32,000 bases of DNA from Oscillospiraceae bacterium (GTDB lineage: Bacteria > Bacillota > Clostridia > Oscillospirales > Ruminococcaceae), in assembly GCA_030539275.1 (NCBI GenBank), contig JAUNSK010000022.1:21022-53021 (forward strand), in the 5' to 3' direction. The notes beneath the pieces were generated by a model. That model ran no database searches. It was not told where the DNA came from and saw only the letters and a program-made list of their open reading frames with translations. Made by a program: the position numbers and the translations under genes. Below, piece after piece: positions 7,738 to 17,971 of this stretch; position 1 is the first letter of the stretch, and each line of letters begins with the position of its first letter.

Positions 7738-9669
7738 ATGAAACGTACAAAATACAGGCTGCTGTGTGGTTTTCTTGCATTTGCAGTAGCCTCATGGTCT
7801 TCTTATGGTCTCAGACAGTATACAAGAGCAGACGTTACTGATACGGCACTGATAAATGCAGAATTTGAGGGTTCTGCAGACGGTTTTGAGTCAAGGGGAA
7901 CAGCATCAGTTAAACTTGTATCATCTGTATCATACGAGGGCAGCAAATGTCTGTGTGTTTCAGACCGTACCAGCGCCTGGCAGGGGGCAATGCTGAGTCT
8001 TGATACATATGGATTTATATCAGGCAGTACATATAATTTCAGTTCTATGGTTATGTATGATACAGGAGAGGATACTGAAGAAATTTCTATGACTATGCAG
8101 TACAGTAATTCAAGCGGAGAAACTGTATATGACCATATGGCAAAGGCTGCAGTACCAAAAAACAAATGGACTACATTATCGGCAGATAATTTTACGATGC
8201 CGGCTGATGCCAGCGATATTATTCTGTATTTTGAAACTCCTGTTAATACAATAGATTTTTATATAGACAACGTCATGGCATCAGCTGTGGGTTCAGGTGA
8301 GGATCCGCGAATGCATGGCATAATATACGGCGATGTGAATAATGACGATCTTATTAATCTTATCGACTTCATAATGCTCAGAAATATGTATCTTGATAAA
8401 GAAGACTATTTGTCTGCTGCAGATCTTGATGCAGATGGTTCACTGACATCCAAGGATATAATGCTGATGTGCAGTTATCTTCTTGGAAAAACAGATTCTT
8501 TTCCTGCGCAGACAGCGAAGCCCCCGGTAACAGATCCGCCCCAGACAGAGGATCCAGATGAATACGACAAGAAATACACTGAAAATGTAGATGCAGACAC
8601 ACTTAAAATGTATCAGGATTCATTGCTGAATGTGGGCAATACAACAAGGATCCTCAAAAAAATACAGGATGCAAAGGCAGGCAGGGATGTAACAATTGGT
8701 TATATAGGAGGTTCTATAACAGAGGGATTCAGCGCTGGTGACTCGCTGTGCTATGCAAAACGTTCATATGAGTACTTTGCACAGGAGTTTGGTACAGGGA
8801 ACAATGTAAAATATATAAATGCCGGTCTTTCCGGTACATCAAGCGTAGTAGGAAATCTTCGCGCGAACAGAGATATGCTCTGTAAAAAACCAGACATAAT
8901 TTTTATTGAGTTTTCTGTTAATGATCAGGGATCTGTATCATATCAGAAATCATTTGAATCACTGGTCAAAAAGTGTCTGCTGCAGGAAAATGACCCGGCT
9001 GTTATTATATTAATAACGCGTTCTGAAACAGGAGGTTCATGTCAGCCTCAGATGGCAGCAGTTGCCCAGAATTATGATCTTGCGGCTATCAGCGTAGATA
9101 ATGCACTTACAAATGCCCTGAAGTCAGGTAAAATGAAATGGTCTGACTATGGTAATGACCAGTTCCATCCCCATGTGGCTGGGCATCAGCTCATAGCTGA
9201 TTTTATTGGTTTCTATTACAGACAGGCCCAGCTCAGCAAAAACCGTGTTACATCGTATGAAATTCCGCAAAAGGCAGTATATGGTGATGAGTATACGTGG
9301 GCTGATATGGTAAGTCAGTCCGAACTTGGCAGCTTTAATGCAGGCTCGTTCAAGAAAGGAACTTCAATTGCGGGATTTTCTGACGGATGGACATACAGCA
9401 AAAACGGCAATACCCCTATGACATTTACCATAGAGGGAAAAGGTTTGTTTATATTATTCAAATCGAATCAGACACAATCAATGGGTACACTCCAGATTGA
9501 TGTAAACGGGAAAAAATCGCAGATCAGTGCAAACAAGCTTTATACATGGGGCGGTCCGGATGCCGATGTAGCATATATACAGGATTTAAGTGCAGTGCTT
9601 AATGTTTCAATAACTATGGACCAGACATCAAAAGACTTTGAAATACTTGCTATAGGAGTTATAAAATAA
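7738..9669 (+). CDS. secreted cellulosomal carbohydrate esterase: signal peptide, CBM_4_9/CBM22-like module, dockerin, PT linker, SGNH/GDSL hydrolase, C-terminal beta-rich module
   Basis: Signal peptide MKRTKYRLLCGFLAFAVASW. CBM-like segment FEGSADGFESRG...SDRTSAWQGAML...FYIDNV. Dockerin repeats GDVNNDDLINLIDFIML and ADLDADGSLTSKDIMLM. Linker PAQTAKPPVTDPPQTEDP. SGNH blocks IGYIGGSITEG, FIEFSVND and DQFHPHVAGH. Confidence 0.8.
   Translation: MKRTKYRLLCGFLAFAVASWSSYGLRQYTRADVTDTALINAEFEGSADGFESRGTASVKLVSSVSYEGSKCLCVSDRTSAWQGAMLSLDTYGFISGSTYNFSSMVMYDTGEDTEEISMTMQYSNSSGETVYDHMAKAAVPKNKWTTLSADNFTMPADASDIILYFETPVNTIDFYIDNVMASAVGSGEDPRMHGIIYGDVNNDDLINLIDFIMLRNMYLDKEDYLSAADLDADGSLTSKDIMLMCSYLLGKTDSFPAQTAKPPVTDPPQTEDPDEYDKKYTENVDADTLKMYQDSLLNVGNTTRILKKIQDAKAGRDVTIGYIGGSITEGFSAGDSLCYAKRSYEYFAQEFGTGNNVKYINAGLSGTSSVVGNLRANRDMLCKKPDIIFIEFSVNDQGSVSYQKSFESLVKKCLLQENDPAVIILITRSETGGSCQPQMAAVAQNYDLAAISVDNALTNALKSGKMKWSDYGNDQFHPHVAGHQLIADFIGFYYRQAQLSKNRVTSYEIPQKAVYGDEYTWADMVSQSELGSFNAGSFKKGTSIAGFSDGWTYSKNGNTPMTFTIEGKGLFILFKSNQTQSMGTLQIDVNGKKSQISANKLYTWGGPDADVAYIQDLSAVLNVSITMDQTSKDFEILAIGVIK
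8329..8490 (+). other. internal dockerin module (two Ca-binding F-hand repeats)
   Basis: GDVNNDDLINLIDFIMLRNMYL ... ADLDADGSLTSKDIMLMCSYLLGK. Confidence 0.8.
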
Positions 9670-9672
9670 AAG

Positions 9673-9716
9673 AAAAATCCGCTTCATCCAGTCAAATACG
9701 GATGAAGCGGATTTTT
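9673..9716. terminator. bidirectional intrinsic terminator between convergent genes
   Basis: 17-bp perfect stem aaaaatccgcttcatcc / ggatgaagcggattttt with a 10-nt loop. A/T tracts on both sides serve both strands. Confidence 0.88.
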
Positions 9717-9740
9717 ATATATTTTTATAATTATTAAGGA

Positions 9741-12140
9741 TTAGCCCAATGTTATAACAACATCATTGTTTTCCTTAAGAATACTTGCCGGGATATAATT
9801 GCTGCTTAGTATTTCTGAGTTGACAGATATACTCTTTACACCGCTCTGTACATGTGCGCTGTTGTCAATGGTAATGTCAAGCCACTTTCCGCGGAAAAAC
9901 TTCTTCATTGTGAATCCGTTCCACTCAGCAGGGATAGCAGGTGATATTACAAGACCGTCAGCATCAGGTCTGATACCGCAGATACCTTCAACACAGCCAA
10001 CCATTACTGTAGATGCTGTACCTGTAAGCCAGTGTACATGTGAACGCCCCTCATATGGTGATCTCTTTGATTCTGTGAACTGGCCGTGAGCATATGGTTC
10101 GATCACACGTCTGTCAGCATCGTTATTCATAGCTGCCGGTGAGCTTTCCATAAAGTACTGGAATGCTCTGTCTCCGTGTCCGAGAATACTTTCAGCAAGG
10201 ATCGCCCATCCCTGTGACTGTGAGAATATTCCGCCGTTTTCTTTTGTATCAGGATTGAAGATATGCATAAGAGCACCGTCAAACGGATGATCTACGTACG
10301 GAGGTTCAAGAAGCTTTACACCGTATGGTGTGTTCAGGATATCAAATACAGACTGCATTGCCTTTTCTGCTTTTTCCTCAGATGCAAAACCTGAGATTAC
10401 GCTCCAGCTCTGAGGATTGAGCCACATATTTGCCTCAGGATCATTTTTGGCTCCGACTATCGTACCGTTCTCACGGATTCCTCTGATAAATCTGTCATCA
10501 TCCCAGCAGCCTTCAAGTGCCTTGCTGAGGTCATTCTGGATCTTGTCAAGATATGCTGTATATTCTGTATCGTTTTTATCTTCAGAATATTTTCTGAGAA
10601 CATTGATAGCATAGAAGAGCTGGAATGCAACAAATGTACTTTCACCTTTTTTGCCGAGCCTCAGGCAGTCATTCCAGTCTGCATGAAGACCTGCAGGCAT
10701 ATGGTGATCACCGAGACGTTCCATTGAAAACTTGATAGCCATCTTGAGATGATTATATACAGTATCCTCACCGCCGTTTGCGTAAACAATAACTTCATCA
10801 AGAAATGCTTTGTTTCCGCTTTCACCGATATACTTGTCTATTGTAGGGAAAAGCCAGAGTGCGTCGTCTGCACGGTATGAAGGATGTCCTGTTGCCTGAA
10901 CATATGATGCCTGATCCGGTGTATCCTCATGACCAGCATTATGATCGAACTTTACAAGCGGAAGTCCGCCTCCGTTGTCAACCTGTGCGGAGATCATAAA
11001 GCGAATTTTGTCAGCCGCAAGCTCAGGATCAAGATGAATAATTCCCTGAATATCCTGAACTGTGTCTCTGTAGCCGTAGCCGTTTCTGAGTCCGCAGTAA
11101 ATAAGTGAAGCGGCTCTCGACCAGATAAATGTAATAAAGCACTGATATGAGTTCCATACATTTATCATGTTGTTGAACTCGTCACTCGGAGTATTTACCT
11201 GGAAATTGTTAAGCTTGGAATGCCAGTAGTTCTTGAGTTCATCAAGTTCCTTGTCTGCAAGAGAAGGATCGCTGTTGTATCTTTCAAGAATTTCAGCTGC
11301 TTTTTTGCTGTTTTTCTGACCAAGAACATATATAAGATGTACAGATTCACCCGGTGCAAGAGTTACATCTGACTGAAGAGCACCGCATGAGTTTGAGTTG
11401 TAATTGAGAACATTGTCACATCTGCCGTTTTCTACAGCGGCAGGATTTGCGAAGGTTCTGTATCGGCCTATAAAGTTGTCAGGATTTCCGTTATATGCTG
11501 CAATAGGCGCACCTACCATGCCGAAGAAGCGTTCCTTATTGTTGGAACCTGTTGCATCCTTCTTTTCGTTTTCATTTATATGTTCAATAATTCTGTTTTC
11601 TTGAAAGCTTGTTCTTGTTATGAACAGTGTATACTGAAGGTTTACCTGATCCTGTTCGTAATTGCTTTCATTTGTAAACTCTACAAAACCGAATGTTGAA
11701 AGGTTTCTTGGCTTTGTATCATTATTTGTTATTTTTGTGCTCCATACCTCATATGTCTTTTCGAGAGGAACATAATAAGTAATCTCTGAGCTGATCTTTT
11801 CATATTCTGAAGTGATTTTTGTATAGGCAGTTCCGTGACAGCATGTTGTTTTATATTTGTCGAGCGGCTTTGATACAGGCTGCCATGAAGCAGACCAGTA
11901 ATCATTTGTATTGTTATCCCTGATATATATATATCTTCCCGGAAGTGACATTGAGGAATTGAATCTGTATCTGAGTATTCTTCCGTTGGCACCGGATTTT
12001 ACAAAGCTGTAGCCTTCGGCGTTATTGGAGATGATTGCGCCGTAAGCCGGGGAACCAAGATAATTTACCCATGGTGCCGGAGTGGCCGGATTTGTTATAA
12101 CGTATTCTTTTTTATCAATATCAAAATGTCCGTATTGCAT
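9741..12140 (-). CDS. cbp: GH94 cellobiose phosphorylase
   Basis: 799 aa. The N-terminus MQYGHFDIDKKEYVITNPATPAPWVNYLG is the characteristic cellobiose phosphorylase start. Catalytic-region motif GLHADWNDCL. The length fits cellobiose or chitobiose phosphorylase rather than cellodextrin phosphorylase. Confidence 0.88.
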   Translation of the reverse strand: MQYGHFDIDKKEYVITNPATPAPWVNYLGSPAYGAIISNNAEGYSFVKSGANGRILRYRFNSSMSLPGRYIYIRDNNTNDYWSASWQPVSKPLDKYKTTCCHGTAYTKITSEYEKISSEITYYVPLEKTYEVWSTKITNNDTKPRNLSTFGFVEFTNESNYEQDQVNLQYTLFITRTSFQENRIIEHINENEKKDATGSNNKERFFGMVGAPIAAYNGNPDNFIGRYRTFANPAAVENGRCDNVLNYNSNSCGALQSDVTLAPGESVHLIYVLGQKNSKKAAEILERYNSDPSLADKELDELKNYWHSKLNNFQVNTPSDEFNNMINVWNSYQCFITFIWSRAASLIYCGLRNGYGYRDTVQDIQGIIHLDPELAADKIRFMISAQVDNGGGLPLVKFDHNAGHEDTPDQASYVQATGHPSYRADDALWLFPTIDKYIGESGNKAFLDEVIVYANGGEDTVYNHLKMAIKFSMERLGDHHMPAGLHADWNDCLRLGKKGESTFVAFQLFYAINVLRKYSEDKNDTEYTAYLDKIQNDLSKALEGCWDDDRFIRGIRENGTIVGAKNDPEANMWLNPQSWSVISGFASEEKAEKAMQSVFDILNTPYGVKLLEPPYVDHPFDGALMHIFNPDTKENGGIFSQSQGWAILAESILGHGDRAFQYFMESSPAAMNNDADRRVIEPYAHGQFTESKRSPYEGRSHVHWLTGTASTVMVGCVEGICGIRPDADGLVISPAIPAEWNGFTMKKFFRGKWLDITIDNSAHVQSGVKSISVNSEILSSNYIPASILKENNDVVITLG

Positions 12141-12177
12141 AGTTTAATTCTCCTTTTGAACTTATAATTACCTTTTA

Positions 12178-12206
12178 ATCATAACATTTTAATAAAGTAT
12201 TTGCAA
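12178..12206 (-). promoter_or_regulatory. sigma-A type promoter with extended -10 for the GH94 gene
   Basis: The minus strand reads TTGCAA (12206-12201), 17-nt spacer, TGtTATGAT (-10 hexamer at 12183-12178). Confidence 0.5.
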
Positions 12207-12374
12207 GAGTTTTATCAATAAAGAAGGCCTTAATTAGTTATTATTGTTATATCTGATATGCGGCTCTGATCATTTGCAGAGATAAAACTGATAATGCCGG
12301 CACTTTACAGCAGTTTTTTGCCTGAAAAGCCTCTGCAAAGGGTAAAAATAAAGGTTCTATATGATAAAAACCTA

Positions 12375-12403
12375 TTGATTTATTGAAGTTCATGTGTTAT
12401 AAT
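12375..12403 (+). promoter_or_regulatory. sigma-A type promoter with extended -10 for the rimP-nusA-infB operon
   Basis: TTGATT (12375-12380), 17-nt spacer, TGtTATAAT (12395-12403). Confidence 0.65.
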
Positions 12404-12423
12404 GTGTATAGTATGATAGAGTA

Positions 12424-12459
12424 GAAAGGTCGGAAAATTCCGACCTTTCATTTATGTAT
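12424..12459 (+). promoter_or_regulatory. leader hairpin with weak U-tract (terminator-like attenuator or 5' stabiliser) upstream of rimP
   Basis: 10-bp stem gaaaggtcgg (12424-12433) / ccgacctttc (12440-12449), loop aaaatt, then atttatgtat. It sits between the predicted TSS (about 12410) and the rimP RBS. Confidence 0.4.
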
Positions 12460-12470
12460 GGAGGTTTTTA

Positions 12471-12947
12471 ATGAAAATTAAAAAAAACGGCAGTACAGAA
12501 CTAAAGATTTTTGAAATTGCACAGCCGATAGCTGATGAGCTAGGGTATACCATCTGGGACATTGTTTATGTAAAGGAGGGTGCATGCTGGTACTTAAGAG
12601 TTTTCATAGATAAAGAGGAAGGCATAACAATTGATGACTGTGAAGCAATGACAAGACCTCTGAGTGACAAGCTTGATGAAATTGATCCGATCCCTGACAG
12701 CTATTGCCTTGAAGTTGGTTCTGCAGGTCTTGAAAGAGAACTTGTTCGTGAAAAACATTTTGAGGCCAGTATAGGAAAAACTGTCAGACTCCATCTGATC
12801 ATTGCAAAGGACGGCAATAAAGAATATATAGGCGAATTAAAGGCATTTGATAAAAATTCAGTTACACTTTTGACAGGCGAAGAAGAAAAAGAAGTATTAC
12901 TATCAGATACAGCATATATTAAGTTATATGAGGATTTTGATTTTTAA
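12471..12947 (+). CDS. rimP: ribosome maturation factor RimP
   Basis: 158 aa. Contains LEVGSAGLERELV (RimP EVSSPGLDRPL-type motif). It lies directly upstream of nusA. Confidence 0.9.
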   Translation: MKIKKNGSTELKIFEIAQPIADELGYTIWDIVYVKEGACWYLRVFIDKEEGITIDDCEAMTRPLSDKLDEIDPIPDSYCLEVGSAGLERELVREKHFEASIGKTVRLHLIIAKDGNKEYIGELKAFDKNSVTLLTGEEEKEVLLSDTAYIKLYEDFDF

Positions 12948-12975
12948 ATAGTAAACGTGGAGGTTATTTACAAAA

Positions 12976-14151
12976 ATGAACAAGGGCTTTTTTGATGCAC
13001 TGGCATTGTTAGGAAATGAAAATAGTGTTTCAGTTGACACACTGGTAGAAAAAATAAAATCTGCACTGATGAAGGCAGTAAAAAAATCTTATCCTGATTG
13101 TGAAAATATCAATATAAATATTGATCCTGAATCAAAGACATTCGAGATAAGTATTATCAAGGAAGTTGTGGATGACGATCCTATCGATGACAACGAAATC
13201 AATATCCATACAGCAAGAACTTTAGATCCGAATGCATATGTCGGAGGAATGATAGCAGTAAAAATAGATACTGCTCAGTTCGGAAGAGCTGCAGCACAGT
13301 CAGCAAAGCAGTCCATAAAAACAGACTTAAGAGAGATCAACAGAGAAAATCTCCTGAGCCAGTTCCAGGATAAGGAAAATGAGTGTATCAGCGCAAGAAT
13401 AAGCCAGATCGAGCCAAGCAGAGGTACTGCAACACTTATATATGATAAAACAGAGCTGTATCTGTTTAAAAATGAGCAGATTCCGGGTGAAGTGCTCAGA
13501 GAGGGTCAGATCGTAAAGGTTTATGTAACAGGAATTACAAACAAGGAAAAGAAACCTATAGTTAAAATTTCTAGAACACACAGGGATCTTGTCAAGAGAT
13601 TGTTTGAACTTGAAGTTCCTGAAATATACGACGGAACGGTAGAGGTCAAGTCAATTTCCAGAGAAGCAGGTTCACGTACAAAGATTGCAGTTTATTCAAA
13701 AAATCCTGATGTTGATGCAGTTGGTGCATGTATCGGACCAAAACGTTCAAGAATAACTAATATAGTAAATGAACTCAACGGCGAAAAAATCGATATTATT
13801 GTTTACAGTGATGAACCGGCAAAGTTTATTGCAAAGGCACTTTCACCGTCAGCAGTTGAAAGTGTTACAGTTTTTGAAGAAACAAAATCTGCAACAGTAA
13901 TCGTACCTGATTCACAGCTTTCACTTGCTATAGGAAACAGAGGACAGAATGCAAAGCTTGCAGCCAAGCTTACAGGTTATAAGATAGATATCAAACCTTT
14001 ATCAGAAGTTATTAGTGCAGCTCAGGAATCTGAAAATGAAGTGATCGAATTAGCAGATGAAACTGATACTGATTCAGTTAATCTCGACGCAGCTGATGAA
14101 ATATCCGAGTCACAGGCAGAAATCCATGACGAGGATGAAGCACAGCAGTAG
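12976..14151 (+). CDS. nusA: transcription termination/antitermination factor NusA
   Basis: N-terminal domain, S1 and two KH domains (GACIGPKRSRI, AIGNRGQNAKLAAKLTGYKIDIKP), plus an acidic C-terminal tail. Confidence 0.95.
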   Translation: MNKGFFDALALLGNENSVSVDTLVEKIKSALMKAVKKSYPDCENININIDPESKTFEISIIKEVVDDDPIDDNEINIHTARTLDPNAYVGGMIAVKIDTAQFGRAAAQSAKQSIKTDLREINRENLLSQFQDKENECISARISQIEPSRGTATLIYDKTELYLFKNEQIPGEVLREGQIVKVYVTGITNKEKKPIVKISRTHRDLVKRLFELEVPEIYDGTVEVKSISREAGSRTKIAVYSKNPDVDAVGACIGPKRSRITNIVNELNGEKIDIIVYSDEPAKFIAKALSPSAVESVTVFEETKSATVIVPDSQLSLAIGNRGQNAKLAAKLTGYKIDIKPLSEVISAAQESENEVIELADETDTDSVNLDAADEISESQAEIHDEDEAQQ

Positions 14152-14166
14152 AAATGTGGTGTTGTT

Positions 14167-14430
14167 ATGAGTGCCAAAAAAATTCCGATGAGAATGTGCT
14201 GCGGCTGCAGTGAAATGAAGCCTAAAAAGGAACTTATCAGAATAGTAAAAACACCTGAGAGTGAAATAAAACTTGATTTTACAGGTAAGATGAATGGAAG
14301 AGGCGCATATGTCTGTCACAGTAAAGAATGTCTTCAGAAGGTGAAGAAGTCCAGAAGACTTGAAAAGGTATTTGCCTGCAGTGTCTCTGAAGAGATATAT
14401 GAGGTGATGATAAATGAATTATCAGACTAA
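14167..14430 (+). CDS. ylxR: YlxR/DUF448 family RNA-binding protein
   Basis: RMCCGCSEMKPKKELIRIV...GRGAYVC, the canonical DUF448 pattern. Its position after nusA is conserved. Confidence 0.85.
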   Translation: MSAKKIPMRMCCGCSEMKPKKELIRIVKTPESEIKLDFTGKMNGRGAYVCHSKECLQKVKKSRRLEKVFACSVSEEIYEVMINELSD

Positions 14431-14761
14431 GTTCTTTAATCTTCTTACCATATGTGAAAAATCCGGAAATCTGATCAAGGGATTTGATACGGTGAAGGAA
14501 GCTCTTCAGAAGAACGGTTCAGGCTGCGTGTTTATATGTCAGGATTTATCGCAGAGAACCAGGAAGGAGATAGATTATATCTGCAGCGGCATGAAAAATA
14601 CAGATGTGATAAATCTTCCGTTTGATATGGATCAGGTAGGGGTAAATATAGGAAAAAAGGTGGGGGTAATGGCTGTTTGCGATCAGGGATTTGCTGCAAA
14701 GCTTAAACAATATGCATCAGCTATAACAGAAAGTGCAGGGTCTGATGTAGAGAAACACTAA
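14414..14761 (+). CDS. ylxQ: L7Ae/L30e-family protein (YlxQ-like)
   Basis: 115 aa. Contains SGNLIKGFDTVKEALQKNGSGCVFICQDLS. It overlaps the ylxR 3' end by 17 nt. RBS GAGGTGA lies 6 nt upstream. The position before infB is conserved. Confidence 0.78.
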   Translation: MNYQTKFFNLLTICEKSGNLIKGFDTVKEALQKNGSGCVFICQDLSQRTRKEIDYICSGMKNTDVINLPFDMDQVGVNIGKKVGVMAVCDQGFAAKLKQYASAITESAGSDVEKH

Positions 14762-14782
14762 CAAAATCGGGAGGTATCGTCT

Positions 14783-17542
14783 ATGGCAAAAAGAATTAAA
14801 ATAAATGATTTGGCTAAGGATCTTAATGTTTCAGGCAATGAGATAGTGGAGTTTATGGAATCAGTAGAGGAGAGCGGAAAGAAGAAACCGGCATCAACTC
14901 TTACTGAGGAAGAAATCAATCTTGTTCTTGAACATTATACTCAGCAAAATCAGGTAACAGGTTTTGATGCCTACTTTGATCAGAGAAGAAATAAAAACAA
15001 GACTGTGTCCGCGCAAAAAACAGAACCTGAAGTAAAGCAGAAGGAAACCGGACATAAGGAAGAGCAAAGGACACAGGTCAAAAAGCAAAATAACTCAAAA
15101 GAAGTATCTGACAAAAGAAGCGATGCTTCTGGAGCTGTCAGTGCAGGTGTAAAGAATAATACTCAGAGGACTCAGATCAAACTGGCAGTCCAGGAACAGC
15201 AGAAATCTTCAGCTGACAACAGATCCGGTAATGTCCCTGTACCTAAAAAGCCTGCTCCTGCGGTTCATACAGGAACTGATATTCAATCAAATAAAAAGCT
15301 TGATAGTAAGAGGGAAACAGAAATAAATATGATTCAGAAAAATAACAATAGTTCACAGGGAAATGATCAGAAACCAAAGGATAGGCAATCCGGCGGACAG
15401 TCGTCTGATAAACAGTTTGCAGCACGAAAGTCATCAAGAGAGTTTGTAAGACCACAGCAGAATGCAGCAAACAACAGAAAACCTGTACAAAAGACTGAAA
15501 AAAATGATAAAAATACACAGCGTGGGGAAAAAACAAGCTTAAGTGCAAATATGGCATCTACTCCTACAGAGAGAGTTGTCAGAACAGTAGATACAAGAGG
15601 CAGCTATGTAGAGCTTGATAAGTATAATGAAAGATATGAGCAGATAGCTCCTACAGGTAACCATAACAAGGATAACTTTACAAGAAAACAGAAAATAACT
15701 CAGAAGTCAGCTCAGAAAAACAAGCATCTGTCAAAGAAGGAAACAGAGTCAGAGAAGCTCAGACGTCTTGAACTCGAAAGAGCAAGAAAACAGCAGCTTA
15801 AAGTAATGATTCCTGATAATATAGTTGTAAGTGAACTTGCAACAAGACTGAAAGTAACTGTCTCTGAGGTCATCAAGAAGCTTATGGGACTGGGAATAAT
15901 GGCTTCCATCAACCAGGAGATCGACTTTGACACAGCTTCACTTGTTGCAGAGGAACTCGGCGCAAAGGTAGAGAAGGAAGTTATCGTTACTATAGAAGAA
16001 AGACTTATCGATGATACAGACGATGAGCAGGATATGGTCGAAAGAAGTCCTGTTGTAGTTGTTATGGGACATGTAGACCACGGTAAAACTTCACTTCTTG
16101 ATAATATCAGAAAAGCAAATGTAACTGCATCTGAGGCCGGCGGTATTACTCAGCACATCGGTGCTTACAAGGTAAGAGTTAAGGACAAATATATTACATT
16201 CCTTGATACACCGGGCCATGCTGCGTTTACATCGATGAGAGCGCGCGGTGCATCTGTAACTGATATCGCAGTTCTTGTTGTAGCTGCCGATGACGGTATT
16301 ATGCCTCAGACAGTTGAAGCAATCAACCATGCAAAGGCTGCAGGTGTTTCAATTATAGTTGCTATCAACAAAATGGATAAGGAAGGCGCAAATCCTGACA
16401 GAGTAAAGCAGGAGCTTACTGAGCAGGGCCTTGTAATAGAAGAATGGGGCGGAGATGTTATCTGTGTTCCTGTATCGGCAAAAACAGGCGCAGGTATTGA
16501 CGAACTTCTTGAAAATATCATTCTTGTCGCAGAATTCCGTGAACTCAAGGCAAATCCTAACAGACTTGCAAAGGGTGCTGTTATAGAAGCAAGACTTGAT
16601 AAGGGAAGAGGTCCTATTGCCACACTTCTCGTACAGAACGGTACTCTCCATCAGGGAGATATCATAATTGCCGGAACATCTGTAGGACGTGTACGTGTTA
16701 TGACAAATGACAAGGGCAAACAGGTCAAAATTGCAGGTCCGTCAGTTCCTGTTGAGATAACAGGTCTTAATGAAGTACCTAGTGCCGGTGATACTTTCAA
16801 TGCAGTTGAAGATGAAAAGCTTGCAAGAGAGCTTGTTGAACAGAGAAAGCATGAAGCCAAGGAAGAACAGTTCAATGCATATCAGAAGGTTACACTTGAC
16901 AATCTGTTCAGTCAGATAGCTGAGGGAGAGATCAAGGAACTGCCGATCATAATAAAGGCCGATGTTCAGGGTTCAGTAGAAGCTGTAAAGCAGTCTCTGG
17001 AAAAACTCTCAAATGAAGAGATCAAGGTAAAGGTAATACACGGCGGTGTAGGTACTATTTCTGAAAATGATGTAATGCTTGCAAATGCATCCAATGCAAT
17101 CATAGTCGGATTTAATGTAAGACCTGATCCTATAGTTACTGAAAGTGCAAAGAGAGACGGCGTCGATATACGTCTGTACAGAGTAATCTATGATGCAATA
17201 GAAGAAATCCAGACAGCTATGAAGGGTATGCTTGCACCGAAGTTCAAGGAAGTTGAACAGGGCAGAGCAGAAATACGTCAGGTATACAAGATTTCCAGTG
17301 TTGGTGTAATAGCAGGTTCATATATACTTGATGGAAAGATAGCAAGAAATTCTCAGATCAGAGTAGTTCGTGACGGTATAGTAATTGCTGAGGATAAGAT
17401 AGACAGCCTGAAGAGATTCAAGGATGATGCAAAGGAAGTTACTGCAGGATATGAGTGCGGAATCGGTCTTGAGCATTTCAATGATATTAAAGAAGGAGAT
17501 ATCTTTGAGGCCTTTATAATGGAAGAATACCGTGAGGTCTGA
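14783..17542 (+). CDS. infB: translation initiation factor IF-2
   Basis: GTPase motifs [18 protein letters not shown] and SAK. The N-terminal third is long, K/Q/N-rich and low-complexity, which is typical of IF-2. Confidence 0.97.
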   Translation: MAKRIKINDLAKDLNVSGNEIVEFMESVEESGKKKPASTLTEEEINLVLEHYTQQNQVTGFDAYFDQRRNKNKTVSAQKTEPEVKQKETGHKEEQRTQVKKQNNSKEVSDKRSDASGAVSAGVKNNTQRTQIKLAVQEQQKSSADNRSGNVPVPKKPAPAVHTGTDIQSNKKLDSKRETEINMIQKNNNSSQGNDQKPKDRQSGGQSSDKQFAARKSSREFVRPQQNAANNRKPVQKTEKNDKNTQRGEKTSLSANMASTPTERVVRTVDTRGSYVELDKYNERYEQIAPTGNHNKDNFTRKQKITQKSAQKNKHLSKKETESEKLRRLELERARKQQLKVMIPDNIVVSELATRLKVTVSEVIKKLMGLGIMASINQEIDFDTASLVAEELGAKVEKEVIVTIEERLIDDTDDEQDMVERSPVVVVMGHVDHGKTSLLDNIRKANVTASEAGGITQHIGAYKVRVKDKYITFLDTPGHAAFTSMRARGASVTDIAVLVVAADDGIMPQTVEAINHAKAAGVSIIVAINKMDKEGANPDRVKQELTEQGLVIEEWGGDVICVPVSAKTGAGIDELLENIILVAEFRELKANPNRLAKGAVIEARLDKGRGPIATLLVQNGTLHQGDIIIAGTSVGRVRVMTNDKGKQVKIAGPSVPVEITGLNEVPSAGDTFNAVEDEKLARELVEQRKHEAKEEQFNAYQKVTLDNLFSQIAEGEIKELPIIIKADVQGSVEAVKQSLEKLSNEEIKVKVIHGGVGTISENDVMLANASNAIIVGFNVRPDPIVTESAKRDGVDIRLYRVIYDAIEEIQTAMKGMLAPKFKEVEQGRAEIRQVYKISSVGVIAGSYILDGKIARNSQIRVVRDGIVIAEDKIDSLKRFKDDAKEVTAGYECGIGLEHFNDIKEGDIFEAFIMEEYREV

Positions 17543-17574
17543 TATCACTAAGGAATCAAAAAGGAGGCAGTTTT

Positions 17575-17913
17575 ATGGCAAGTTTTAAAGTAGGAAGACT
17601 CGCAGAAGACATCAAGAGGGAACTGACAGCAATTATCAGGGAGCTTAAGGACCCGAGAATAGCAGAGTTTCTGACAGTAGTAAGAGTTGATCTTTCCAAC
17701 GATCTGTCTCATTGTAAGGTTTATATATCAAGTTTCGGCGGTATTGAGAAGGCACAGCAGTCTGTTAAAGGACTTGAAAGCGCATCAGGATTTATCAAAA
17801 GGGAGCTTTTCAGCAGATTAAAGATGCGCAAGTGTCCTGATCTTAAGTTCATAGCCGATAATTCTATAGAGAGAAGCAGTGAGATCAACAAAATAATTGA
17901 TAATTTCAAATAA
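17575..17913 (+). CDS. rbfA: ribosome-binding factor A
   Basis: 112 aa. RLAEDIKRELTAIIRE...VTVVRVDLSNDLSHCKVYIS. Confidence 0.92.
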   Translation: MASFKVGRLAEDIKRELTAIIRELKDPRIAEFLTVVRVDLSNDLSHCKVYISSFGGIEKAQQSVKGLESASGFIKRELFSRLKMRKCPDLKFIADNSIERSSEINKIIDNFK

Positions 17914-17971
17914 TTAAATAAAATTTCATACATCGTGATTGCCCCATTTTTCGAAAGGAATGATCAGATTT

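Noticed and set aside
14783-15800. K/Q/N/S-rich low-complexity N-terminal third of IF-2 as a possible repeat or insertion
   Set aside because: The N-terminal region of bacterial IF-2 is well known to be variable in length and low in complexity. I found no exact tandem nucleotide repeat.
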